A stretch of 64,000 nucleotides of DNA. Source: Mobula hypostoma. Lineage: Eukaryota. Position numbers and translations under genes: made by a program. Positions 12,370 through 23,058 of the stretch are shown here, piece by piece (within the stretch, counting starts at the first letter, position 1; each line of letters begins with the position of its first letter). The stretch is taken from assembly GCF_963921235.1 (NCBI RefSeq), contig NC_086097.1, forward strand, positions 163,558,001 through 163,622,000, read 5' to 3'. The notes under the pieces are model-generated. The model worked only from the letters and a program-made list of their open reading frames with translations. It had not been told where the DNA came from and made no database searches.

Positions 12370-13508
12370 TAAACCAAAGTCACTTTATCCTCCTGAGTGG
12401 TTCGAAAAGATTTCAAAGAACCATCCCAATGGATTACAGAGAAGCTCTCATTGTGTTCACAATCAAGACAGCCAAGCATGTGCTGGGGGCAGCCTGCAAG
12501 TGTTGCCACACATTCCAACATCAGTATAGCATACCCACTATGCTCAGCAGAACACAACAAAACCGAATATACCAAACAACAAAGCAATAGCATCGAAAGA
12601 AGCCCTGTTCCTCCCTCCTAAAGCACATATACAGTCCTCTAATCCAAGACATTTTCGGCCTCAAGCCTCCAGCGGACTCGTGGATTTGCAGACATTGAAC
12701 CTTTGACTTCCCCAGTGGACTCGTAGATTTGCAGATATTGGGCTTTTGACTTCCCCAGTGGACTCGTGGATTTGCAGATACTGGGCTTTTGACTTCCCCA
12801 GTGGACTCGTGGATTTGCAGACATTGGGCCTTTGACTTCCGCAGTGGACTCGTAGATTTGCAGATATTGGGCTTTTGACTTCCCAGTGGACTCGTGGATT
12901 TGCAGATATTGGGCTTTTGACTTCCCCAGTGGACTCGTGGATTTGCAGACATTGGGCCTTTGACTTCCCCAGTGGACTCATAGATTTGCAAATGTTGGGC
13001 TTCTGATTTTCCCAGCGGACTTGCAGACTTAGACCTCTAGCATTTGGCCCTCGATTTCTGGATTTCCGACTGACTTTTGGGCTTCGTTCTAGACTTCGAA
13101 TCGGCCTTCAGACTTCAATCTTTGATATTGACTCAGGACTCACCGTTGACAATGAATGAAGACTCTGGATGAGTATCCTGAACAATAGGCCTTGAACTCT
13201 GGGTTCGCCAATGATGGGATAACTCTTAGACCTGTGGGCAGGGTACCAGCCCTCATCCTCACTGGGCTACCAGCCCAACATCCAATGTTCACGTAGTTGG
13301 CCTTCAAATGTGGATTCAGAGGCTTAGACTTCAGTCTGTCCTCTAATTCCCCCATATCCCTGTCCCTAAATTCTAACTTGACCCCTCAATTTCCACTTTG
13401 TCCCCAAATCTATCGCTATGAATCTTTAAAAAAAAACCCTTAAAAAACCCGCTGTCTAAGCTGCAACCTTAACGGAGAGCACCGCTTAGTGCCTTCTTGA
13501 CTGGAACT
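12370..13508 (-). mobile_element. Non-coding retroposon-like element hosting the minisatellite
   Basis: Minus strand begins ttccagtcaagaaggcac (compare caagatggtgcc at the LINE 5' end near 31364). Its other end (..cccccagcacatgcttggctgt..) resembles the SINE tail near 32880. Confidence 0.4.
12668..13030. repeat. 43-bp minisatellite, 8 full units plus a partial
   Basis: Unit ccccagtggactcgtggatttgcagayattgggcytttgactt. The cagyggac motif starts at 12670, 12713, 12756, 12799, 12842, 12884, 12927, 12970 and 13013. Confidence 0.97.
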
Positions 13509-13634
13509 TGGTTAAAGGAGAATAGCTCAAATGGTATGCTTATTGCTACTCACAAGCCCTTACTGTGTGCATATTAACAGACAACATTCCTGAGGTAACA
13601 GCCATTTAAATGGTTCTGCATTATTTTTATGTTA

Positions 13635-14220
13635 ATCTGTCAGGATCTGGGCATTACTGACAAGGCAACAATTTATTACCCATCCCTAACTGCCTTTGAG
13701 AAAGTGGCTGTGAGTTATATTGCGCAATCCTCCTCGTGCAGGGACTTCAATTCTGTTGTTGGGAGGCAATTCCAGGATTTGGATTTAGCAAAGATGAAGG
13801 ACTGGTGATGCATTTCCAAATCTAGAGGGAGGCATAGAAGTTATAGTGTTCCCATGTGCCTGTTATAAATTGGGCTGCTTTACCCAACATTATGTGAAGT
13901 TTCTTGGGTGTTGTTGGAACTGTACACACCTAGATAAGTAGACAGCATTCCATTACAATCCTGATTTGCAGATGCTGGAAAGACCATTAGATCTTGGGTG
14001 AGTCACTTGCCCCACAGGATACCCACCTGCTTTTGTGCCCTTTGTATCTACTAAATTGCAGAGTCCAGAGGAGTTCCTGGTGAATAATAACTCCCAGGAT
14101 GCCTATTCTGCAGGACCTTGAAATTCAATGGTAGGATTGTTATACTACCTCTTGTTAAAGATGCTCATTGTGTGCAATTTTAGTGAAACAAATATTAGAT
14201 GCTACTTATCAGCTTCATCC
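13635..14220 (-). mobile_element. Ancient CR1/L2-group LINE 3' region
   Basis: The motif atttattacccatccctaactgcctttgagaaagtgg... recurs degenerately near 14500, 15560-15745, 57480 and 58810-59030, and in + orientation near 22920-22990. Confidence 0.55.
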
Positions 14221-16518
14221 TGTTCTTTTTAGGAGCTTCTATACATTGTCCTGCATCTATCATGTGTTTATTTTGAAGCAATCTGGCAAAAGGAAGCTTT
14301 ATTCTCATAACCTTGCAGAAAAAGATTGAGGTTTCATCTGAAGCAACCTTGCTCCAATTCAGACAAATGCAGGGCTCTTATATGCTGCTGAACAAAATTC
14401 CAATAACATCAGATTATTTTGGTGTAAAGCTCCGTGTAACACTGTGATCATTCTGGTTCATTTATCCTGGTGTTGTTTTTTGTTCGTTGTCAGGATATAG
14501 ATATCACTGGGCAACACTTACACTTCACCACCCTTAGTTGCCCTCAGAAGACAGTGGTACACCATTGCCTTAGATCTGATGTGACTCAATGGCTTTTCTG
14601 TCCACTTTACAAAGCTGTTAAGAATCAATTGCTTTTGTTTGGGGCTAGAGACACTTGTGTTACAGACTGAAAAGTGAGTTTCCTTTTATTAAAGTTATGA
14701 AGTTCAGACTGATCTTCAAGCCTGTAATCTTTCAAACTGGAGTGATTCCAAATCCAGCAGCTCCTCAGTGAAGGCAAACCTCAACATGCAGACAAGCAAA
14801 CCATGCATAAAAGAAAACAGAGATATATTAATTAGGTAACTACTGGGTAATTTTTGCTATAAATATTGTTAGTGCAGTTAAATATATTCTAAACTGCTTT
14901 CTGCAGAGTGCTTCTCTCGAACTTCAAAACATAGAGTTCCTGACGAGCCTGTTGTAATTATTGGAGATCCTAAACTCTGAGCAATGCACAAAAGCATAAT
15001 TATCCTGTGACGAACGACAGGAGCAATAATCCTTTCAAGCACCAGTTAATTTTTCTACCTTACTGTAGTAGTCGTTACATCCCCACTGAGTTTTCTGGGT
15101 GAATGAAAACAAGTTTGACCTCATAACTTGAACTTCAGAAGGTGTATGTGCCAGCTGTAACTGTCATTGATTATGCTACTGTTCCTGTTTGGATGCTTCA
15201 CATCCTACCCTGCTTGGAAAGAAACCTGATAACTCCCCCATGTATTCTTGTGCCAATTATATTAATCTTACTCGTTAAAATTTTATTTACAAGTTCCAGA
15301 GATGTGACGCTATAACCTGTAATAGAAAGTATTGGGAGAACTGGTGCTGTTTGTTGATTATAGTGTTCTGGAGCAGTTTTGTTAGTTTCAGGGCTAGGAA
15401 ATAAGTTAACTGTAATAATAATAATTTCTTTAATATAGGTATTTAGGCTGGATGGGCAGAAATTGTCCCAATGGTCTTTGTCTTCCCTTCTTGATATATA
15501 ATCATATTCACCATTCTGATATGAGTCCCTCCGACCTGTATATCATTTTCAGAATGTAGGGATCACCTGTGAGACCGGTATTTATTCCTTCAGAAGGTGG
15601 TGGTGAGCGACCTTCTTGTATGGTTGCATTCCTTCTGGTAAAGGTGTTCTATTGCAGTGCTGTAGGTTAGGGAGTTCCAGGTTTTAGATCCAACCGCAGT
15701 AGAAGACTGGTGATATGATTTCCTTTTCAGGTTGGGATGTGGCTTGTGCCCTGCACAATACATATTCCCAGAAAGCAGCAGAAAGCAACATCTTGTATAT
15801 CGGAAGCTTTAAGCTAACACCTTTTGAAGTCGTTTATACTAATTACAAGCCAGGGCTGGAGAATAGGTTGTAACTGGTAGAAATGATGTCCGTATACCGT
15901 TTCATATGTTTACCTCCTCCCCAAAGGTTTCAGGCCATCCCTGCAATAAATTAAAACTGAAGCTCATTGCAAATAAATGCCTTTATATTCACAAAGCTAA
16001 ATGACAATTAGGTACTTGTGTCAGATCCATAATTAGCCATAATGACTATGGTTGAACTTCTGACATGTTAAGATTAATTTACATTGTACTGCTGCAGAAT
16101 CTTTCAGTTTAATTTTATTTGAAAATATTACAAGTGCAATAGACAGTTTTATTAATGCACTCTATGCTCACAACAGTGGAATGATTTTTTGATCCTGTTT
16201 CCCCTTTATCTTGAAGTATAGTTAGCTTCTTGGTAAAGATTTTCCCCCCTTTTTCTGACATGCTGGTTGTGAATGGTGCAGCTCCTGTTCATTATTCGTA
16301 GGTCAGGAGCCTAATCTTTCTGGGGTGAAGCAAAGTTTCTGACCAACACAAGTACTGTAACTGTTTCTGATGTGTAAACAAAGGAAAGCAAATACAAGAT
16401 GTGGAAGAGATTGTACAGTAGTACGCAGAATCCTGAGGGTCCTTGACATAACTCTCATGAGTGGAGGCTTTTTCTTCTGGGCTATCAGTGTGAATGGACC
16501 TATAAATGTGTGTATATA

Positions 16519-17224
16519 CACTCAGTGGCTACCTTATGTCATTGAGTATACTTAAGTTGTTGGTTAGTCAAGGTGTCAAAAGTTACAGGTAGAAGGTAGA
16601 TGAATGGGGTTGAGGGGGAAAATAAATCAGCCATAATGGAATGGCGGAGCAGATTCGATGGGCTACATGGCCTAATTCTGCTTCTATGTTTGAAGGTCTT
16701 ACGGTTTTATTAGCGTACACCTGCTCATTGATGCTGATCCAATCAGCCAATCATGTGGCAGCAACACAATGCATAAAAGCATGCAGACATTGTCAAGAGT
16801 TTCAGTTGTTCAGACCAAACATTCAAAATGGAGAAGAAATGTGATCTAAGTGACTTTGACCGTGGAATGATCGTTGGTGGCAGACGGGGTAGTTTGACTA
16901 TCTCAGAAACTGCTGATCTCCTGGGATTTTAATGGACACCAGTGTCTAGGGTTTACAGACAATGGTGAAAGAAACAAAAAATAAAATCCAGTGTGCGGTT
17001 CTGGGGATGAAAGTATCAGTTAATGAGGGAGGTCAGAGGAGAACAGCCAGACTGGTTCAAGATGATAGGAAGGTGACAGTAACTCAAAGAACCACACATT
17101 ACAACAGTGGTGTGCAAAAGAGCATCTCTGAAAGCACAATATGTCAAATCTTTAAGTGGATGGGCTGCAGCAGCAGAAGACCATGAACATACACTTAGTG
17201 GCTACTTTATTAGCTACAGGAGGT
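16519..17224 (+). mobile_element. Tc1-like transposon derivative (HTH region only), interrupted by a CR1 3' end at about 16540-16705
   Basis: Starts TA-cactcagtggc. From about 16828 it translates MEKKCDLSDFDRGMIVGGRRGSLTISETADLLGF (Tc1 paired/HTH). The terminal motif recurs at 17192-17220. Confidence 0.8.
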
Positions 17225-17369
17225 CAAAGAGTTTTTAAAAATCTGACCAGGGTTCAATGGCAGTATTTAGTTTTTCTGAATGCTCTGGAAATTCTACACA
17301 TGTTGAATTCTTCAGAGTTTGGTAAATTGCTTGTCCTCTGTCTTCCTAATCTATCTAGTCCATATTATC

Positions 17370-17782
17370 CTGTTTCGTTCCCTTCCTTCACCCTCTTCAT
17401 TTACCCAAAACCCACACACTTCTTCCAATGCTTCCCCTTCCTTGCTATTCCCATCTGCCTTCCCCACTTCATCCATTAATTCCACCTTCCTCTCCTATCA
17501 GATTCCATCATCTTCAACCCTGAACCGCTCACATATCACCAGCCAGCTTCTGGCACTATTCCCATTCTCCCCTTCCTGAACTGTCTATCCCCCCTTGTTC
17601 ATCTGCAGCTCTCGCTCCACCCCTTCCCTCCACCTTTTTACACTGGAGGTATCACCTTTATCTTTCAGTCTGGACCCAAAACATCAACAATTTCGGTTTC
17701 TTCCATTGATGAGGTCTGACACACTGAGTTCCTCCAGCTTTTAGTGTGATGCTGCGGATTCCAGCACATTTTGTGTCTCTCC
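17370..17782 (+). mobile_element. Old PLE terminal fragment
   Basis: Pyrimidine-rich tract followed by tcagtctggacccaaaacatcaac and ctgagttcctccagc...ttccagcac, matching other PLE ends in the window. Confidence 0.55.
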
Positions 17783-19069
17783 TTTGTAATGTTTGTATTT
17801 TTCCCCATGGTAAATGGATATCTTAAGGAAAAATAAATATTGTATGCTCTGATGAATAAGCCAGGATAATGGATGTACAGTCCCTTCTGATTCAAAGCCC
17901 CCTTATGTAGTTATTATTGAGCCTTATTAAGCATTGCAATAGGTGAGTCAATTGTCCTCTGAAATGACTGTGTGATAGTTCTTTCAATAAAGAATAACCA
18001 ATTTGGTGGACAGTCCAAAAATGTATCATCACAGCATCCAATCGAACCCAAATAGTTCTCAGGGCTCTACTTTCTCCAGCTTAGCTTGAAGGTTATTTTT
18101 CATATGATAGTAGTGTTAACTGAGATTGGGCTTGAAAATATCATTACAGCTCACCAGTCTGAATCCGTGCCCAGCATCCTTTTGTCACTGTTTAATTTGA
18201 AAGAAGACGTGGATGTTATAGTCTGGGGGATGAGTGAGTGACTATTCCACCACCTTGTGAATACAGTAGCAACCTTATACTGATATTTGTGACATTTCAC
18301 ACTGCTTGAAGAGTTGGTTTCTCATCTGAACATAGCAATGGGATGATGTTTATCTGCACAACTGATGAAACAAAATCGCTTTTGTTATTAGAGGCTTAAA
18401 TTTCAGGCATGGCAAGTATTTATTGCAAAAAGATGAGAAATGTTTTCAGAATTAGAATGAAGGCTTCTGATTGGTGACTATATATCTGAAACGTCATATT
18501 GTTCAAAGCTAAAATAAACTGCGTTGTTCACTTATAAAGCTTTCATTCACAGTGCATGAGAAGAGGTCACATTGTACTCAGCTAGGACACTCGATCTGTA
18601 CTGCAATCCCGCCTCACTCTAGAGATGTGCTTTGTTATTATAGTAATACTGAAACGATTCAGGCTACAGTCAAAAATCAGCAACATGCTTTCCTTTGATA
18701 GAATTCTTCAGTGTTTTTGCTGCTTTCGGAATATAGTTTAGGTTTCCAGTGCAATGGAAATCTTGCATTTCTTGACTGTTTTTGTTTCACCTGAGACTGG
18801 TAATTTTCAGAAGCAGAGCCCTTTCCCAAAGGTTTTCTACCTCATATTTAACTCCACTCAAAATGCAGATTTACATACTGATTTCTAATTAGATTTGAAA
18901 TTAAAAGATCTTTGCTAATAGTGTGAATCAGAGGATATGCATATGGTGTGGGGAATCATCAGGAAATATAGACCAGGGGTACAGAATTATCCTTGATAAT
19001 TCTGGGACAATGTTGAATACTTCTACTCCACAAGTTCTTGTGTATCTATGGGAGAAAGAATCAATATTG

Positions 19070-19285
19070 GAAAATTACAGCATGGAAATATGCCTTTTAA
19101 ATTACAAAGTACATGCTGGTCATTTTTGCACTAACCCAATACTAATCTATTTTATTCTGTCCATATTGCCATCAACTCCTCCCCGTACTCTACTACTCAT
19201 CTGTACACTGGGGACAATTTACATTGGTTAATTCACTTACCAACGCACAAGTCTTTGGGTTTGCGAGGACCTGAAGGAAATCCAA
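19070..19285 (-). mobile_element. V-domain SINE fragment
   Basis: cacactggggacaatttac...taccaac...gtctttgg is similar to 34830-34900. Confidence 0.5.
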
Positions 19286-19394
19286 GTTCAAACTTAGAAG
19301 TTCAAAGTAAATTTATTATCAAAGTGCATATATTAAACCATATACAACCCGGGGATACATTTTCTTGTGGGCATTCACAGTAGATAAAAAAAAC

Positions 19395-21470
19395 ACTTTT
19401 TAGAGCAGCTTCTCGGTGAGCCTACTAAGGAAAAGGCAATTCTGGTTTGTTGTGTTGTGTAATGAAGCAGATTTGATAAGCAAGCTCATCAAATCTTTAG
19501 GAGGCAGTGATCATAATATGATCAAAGTCACCCATGGTTTGAGAGAGAGAAAATAGATGTGGAATGAAGAATTACAGAGGCATAAGAGAGGAACTGGCCA
19601 AAGTTGATTGGAAGGGGACACTAGCAGGGATGATGGCAAAGCAGCAATGACTGGGGGTTCAAGGGACAATTACGATAGATACATCCCAAAGATGAAGTAC
19701 TATTCCAAAGGGAGGATGAAGCAAAAGTGGCTGACAAGGGAGGAAAGTTAAAGATAGTAAAGCAAGTCAAAAAAGCCATAAGAGAAAAGATGAAATATGA
19801 AGCAACATACATCAAAGTTGCTGGTGAACGAGGTAGTAATGAGGTACAAAGAAATGGCAGATGAACTGAATAAGTAATTTGCATCAGCCTTCTCTGTGGA
19901 AGGCACTAGCAGTTCGAGAGTGTCAGGGGGCAGAAGTGAATGTAGTTGCTATTACTAAGGAGAAGGTACTTGAGAAATTGAAAGGTCTGAAGGTAGATAA
20001 GACATTTAAACCAGATGGACTACTCCCCAGGGTTTTGAATGAAGTAGCTGAAGAGATTGTGGAGTCATTAATAATGATCTTTCAAGAATGAGTAGACTCT
20101 GGAATGGTTCTGGAACACTGAAAAATTGCAAATGTCATTCGACTCTTTAAGAAGGAAGAGGCAGAAGAAAGGAAATTATAGGCCAGTTAGCATGACTTCA
20201 ATGGTTGGTAAGATGTTGGAGATCATTACCAAGGGTGAGGTTTCAGGATACTAGGAGGCACAACAAAATAAGCCATAGTCAGCATGGTTTCCTTAAGGGA
20301 AAATCTTGCCAGACAAATCTGTTGGAATTTTTTGAAGAAATAACAGGCAGGATAGACAAAGAAGAGTCAGTGGATGTTGTTTATTTGGATTTTCACAAGG
20401 TCTTTGACAAGGTGCCACACATGATGCTGCTTAACAATGTAAGAGCCCATGGTATTACTGAAAAAGACTAGCATGGATGGGAAATCAGCTGACTGGCATG
20501 AGACATAGAGTAAGAATATCGGGGGCCTATTCTGGTTGGCTGCTGGTGATTAGTGGTATTCCACAGGGGTTCGTATCGGGTCCACTTATTTTCACGTTAC
20601 ATGTCAATGATTTGGACAATGGAATCAATGGCTTTCTGGCCAAGTTTGTAGATGATATGAAGATGGGTGGAGGGGTAGGTATTGTTCTGGAAGTGCAGAG
20701 TCTGCAGGAGGACTTGGACAGATAGGGAGAATAGGCAAAGAAGTGGCAGATGGAATAGAGTGTGGGGAAGTGTATGATTCATGCACTTTGGAAGAAGGAA
20801 TAAAGGCATACACAATCTTCTAAATGGAGAGAAAATTAAAAAATCGAAGGTGCCTAGGGACTACGTGTCCTTGAGTAGGATTCCCTAAAGGTCAACTTGC
20901 AGTTTGCGTCAGTGGTAAGGAAGGTAAATGCAATGTTAGCGTTGATTTTGAGAGAACTAGAATATAAAAGCAAGGATGTAATGCTGAGTCTGTTTAAGGC
21001 GTTGGTCAGACTGCACTTGGGGTATTGTGAGCAGTTTTGGGCCCCTTATCTAAGAAATGATATGCTGGCATTGGAGAGGGTCCAGAGGAGGTGCACAAGA
21101 AAGATTCTAGGAATGAAAGGGTTCACGTGTTAGGAGCATTTGAAGGCTCTGGGCCTACACTCACTGGAGCTTAGAAGAATGAGGGGGATCTAATTGAAAC
21201 CTATAGAATATTGAAAGGCCTAGATAGAGTGGATGTGGAGAGGATGTTTCCTGTAGTGAGAGACTCTATGTTCAGAGGGCATGGCTTCTGAATAGAGGCC
21301 ACAGGTGTCAAGTATATTTAAAGTGAAGGTTGATAGGTTCTTAATTAGTCAGGTAGTCAAATGTTATGGAGAGAAGGCAGCAAAATGGGGTTGAGAAGGA
21401 TAACAAATCAGCAGTGATGGAATGATGAACAAATTCAATGGGCCAAATAACCTAATTATGCTCCTATGTC
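19395..21470 (+). mobile_element. CR1 LINE ORF2 (endonuclease end, RT, 3' UTR), many stops
   Basis: KPDGLLPRVL.EVAEEI, SQHGFLKGKSCQTNLLEFFE, VDVVYLDFHKVFDKVPH, SGIPQG, AKFVDD and LVRLHLGYCEQFWAPY motifs; ends ...cctaattatgctcctatgtct. Confidence 0.93.
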
Positions 21471-21870
21471 TAAACAATATAGAATCAATGAGAAACTGCA
21501 CACAAGCTGGACAAGCAACCCATATGCAAAAGATGACAACCTGTGCAAATACAAATAAATAAATATCTAGAACATTAGATGATTTGGATGATGAAATTGA
21601 TGGCTTTATGGATGATACGAAGATGGATAGAGGGGTCAATAGAGTGAGCCCATAGATTGTAGGACCAGTTTAGTGTTGCTGAGTGAAGTTATACCCTCTG
21701 GTTCAAGAGCCTGATGGTTGATGGGTAGTAAGTGTTCCAGAACCTGGTGGTGTGGGTCCTGAGGCACCTGTACCTCTGTCCTGATGGCAGCAGTGAGAAG
21801 AGAGAATGACCAAGATGATGGGGATCCTTGAAAATGGATGCTGCTCTCCTGGGACACCGCTCCTTGCAGA
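21470..21870 (-). mobile_element. Rex1-type LINE 3' fragment
   Basis: ORF 21689..21979 has AASIFKDPHHLGHSLFSLLPSGQRYR....TTRF.N.YYPSTIRLLN. Confidence 0.75.
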
Positions 21871-21906
21871 TTCCTGACGAAGGGTTCTGGCCCGAAACGT
21901 CGACTG
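21867..21906 (+). ncRNA. Minimal hammerhead motif with fully intact catalytic core
   Basis: CAGATTC CTGACGA A GGG TTCTGG CCC GAAAC GTC GACTG. All core positions are canonical; the 5' side of stem I is partly replaced by the neighbouring LINE. Confidence 0.7.
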
Positions 21907-22046
21907 ATCTTTTCCACCGATGCTGCCCGACCTGCTGAGTTCCTCCAGCGTGTTGTGAGTGATTCATTGAAACGCTCACCTTGTGACTGCCCTGAAGACA
22001 GCCTTTAGTATCTGAGCTATCAACTAACTGTGGTAAGTATTTTTAA

Positions 22047-22225
22047 GCAACACACACAAAATGCTGGAGAAACTCAGCAGGCCAGGCAGCATCTTTGTGA
22101 AAAAGTACAGTCAATGTTCCTTGCTGTCACTTTGTGTGCATCGATGCTGCCTGACCTTTTGAATTCCTCCCGCATTGTGTGTGTGTTGCTCAGATTTCTA
22201 GCACCTGCAGATTTTCTCTTGTTTT
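22047..22225 (+). mobile_element. Miniature fold-back PLE insertion (no ribozyme)
   Basis: Inverted arms gcaacacacacaaaatgc...ggcagcatc and gatgctgcc...gtgtgttgct, then a 35-nt tail. 14-bp TSD gtaa(g/a)tatttttaa at 22033-22046 and 22226-22239. Confidence 0.8.
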
Positions 22226-22471
22226 GTAAATATTTTTAATCCATTTATGCCAACCAGCAGTAGTGTCTGCACATTTACACAGAAGGGCCACATGTATGTA
22301 TTCACAATTCTCTGCCAAGGCATGGCGCCTTGCGAGACTCAGCATGAGGAGTGAGCAACTGGTTAGCACTGTGGTGCCAAGCAGTAGAGCGGGTATAATG
22401 ATGATGGGTTAGTGTTTAAAATTGGGAGAAGTGTGATTTTAATATTTTTTTCATGGTGGGATACAGGATCT

Positions 22472-22825
22472 TAAACACAGATGCTGGAAGTCCTGAGCAA
22501 CACACAAAAAGCTGGAGGAACTCAGCATGTTAGGCAGCACTTATGGAGGGCAATAAACAGTTGAGTTTTCAGACTGAAAACCTTCATCAGGATTGGAAAG
22601 GAAGGGGGCAGAAGCAAGAATAAGAAGGTGGGGCAGGGAAGGTGTACAAACTGGCAGGTGATAGATGAGATGAAGAGGGATGAATTAAGAAGATGGGAGG
22701 AGGTAGATGGAAAAAATTGGGGGCTGAAGAAAAAGAAGACACTTAATAGGAGAGGACAATGGACCATGGAAGTGAAGGGTATGGGCAGGTGAAGAGAAGT
22801 GAAGGAGTGACAGGGACAAGGGAAT
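22472..22825 (-). mobile_element. Older PLE terminal fragment with degenerate hammerhead (22558-22595)
   Basis: cagatgctggaag...gctggaggaactcagc...ccttcatcagga followed by a purine-rich tract. Confidence 0.65.
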
Positions 22826-23058
22826 CTCTTGTGAGTTATACACAATCCCAAAGTAGTCACATCTCTGGAGCTCTGTGGGAGTATCTTCCCCTGAAGCATG
22901 ACAAGAGTTTAGGGAGGTGGCTAATGCCTCTTCTCAAGGATTGGCAATAAATAATGGCCTCATTAGTGACATTCGTATCCTAAGAAATGAACTATGACCT
23001 ATGTTGCTAGAGGGAGCTGGGGAGGATGGCTACTCCTTGGTATGAAAATAGTTCAGAG

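Noticed and set aside
12521..12991. Repetitive 156-aa and 106-aa ORFs; CRISPR-like periodicity
   Set aside because: These are translations of the 43-bp minisatellite cycling through frames. The units are contiguous with no unique spacers, so it is not a CRISPR array.
14716..15094. Possible two-exon minus-strand fragment (15059-15094 joined to 14716-14779; KLSGDVTTTTVRFAFTEELLDLESLQFERLQA*)
   Set aside because: It needs a weak donor (gtagaa) and a rare GAG acceptor, and the peptide is not recognised. RNA-seq would be needed.
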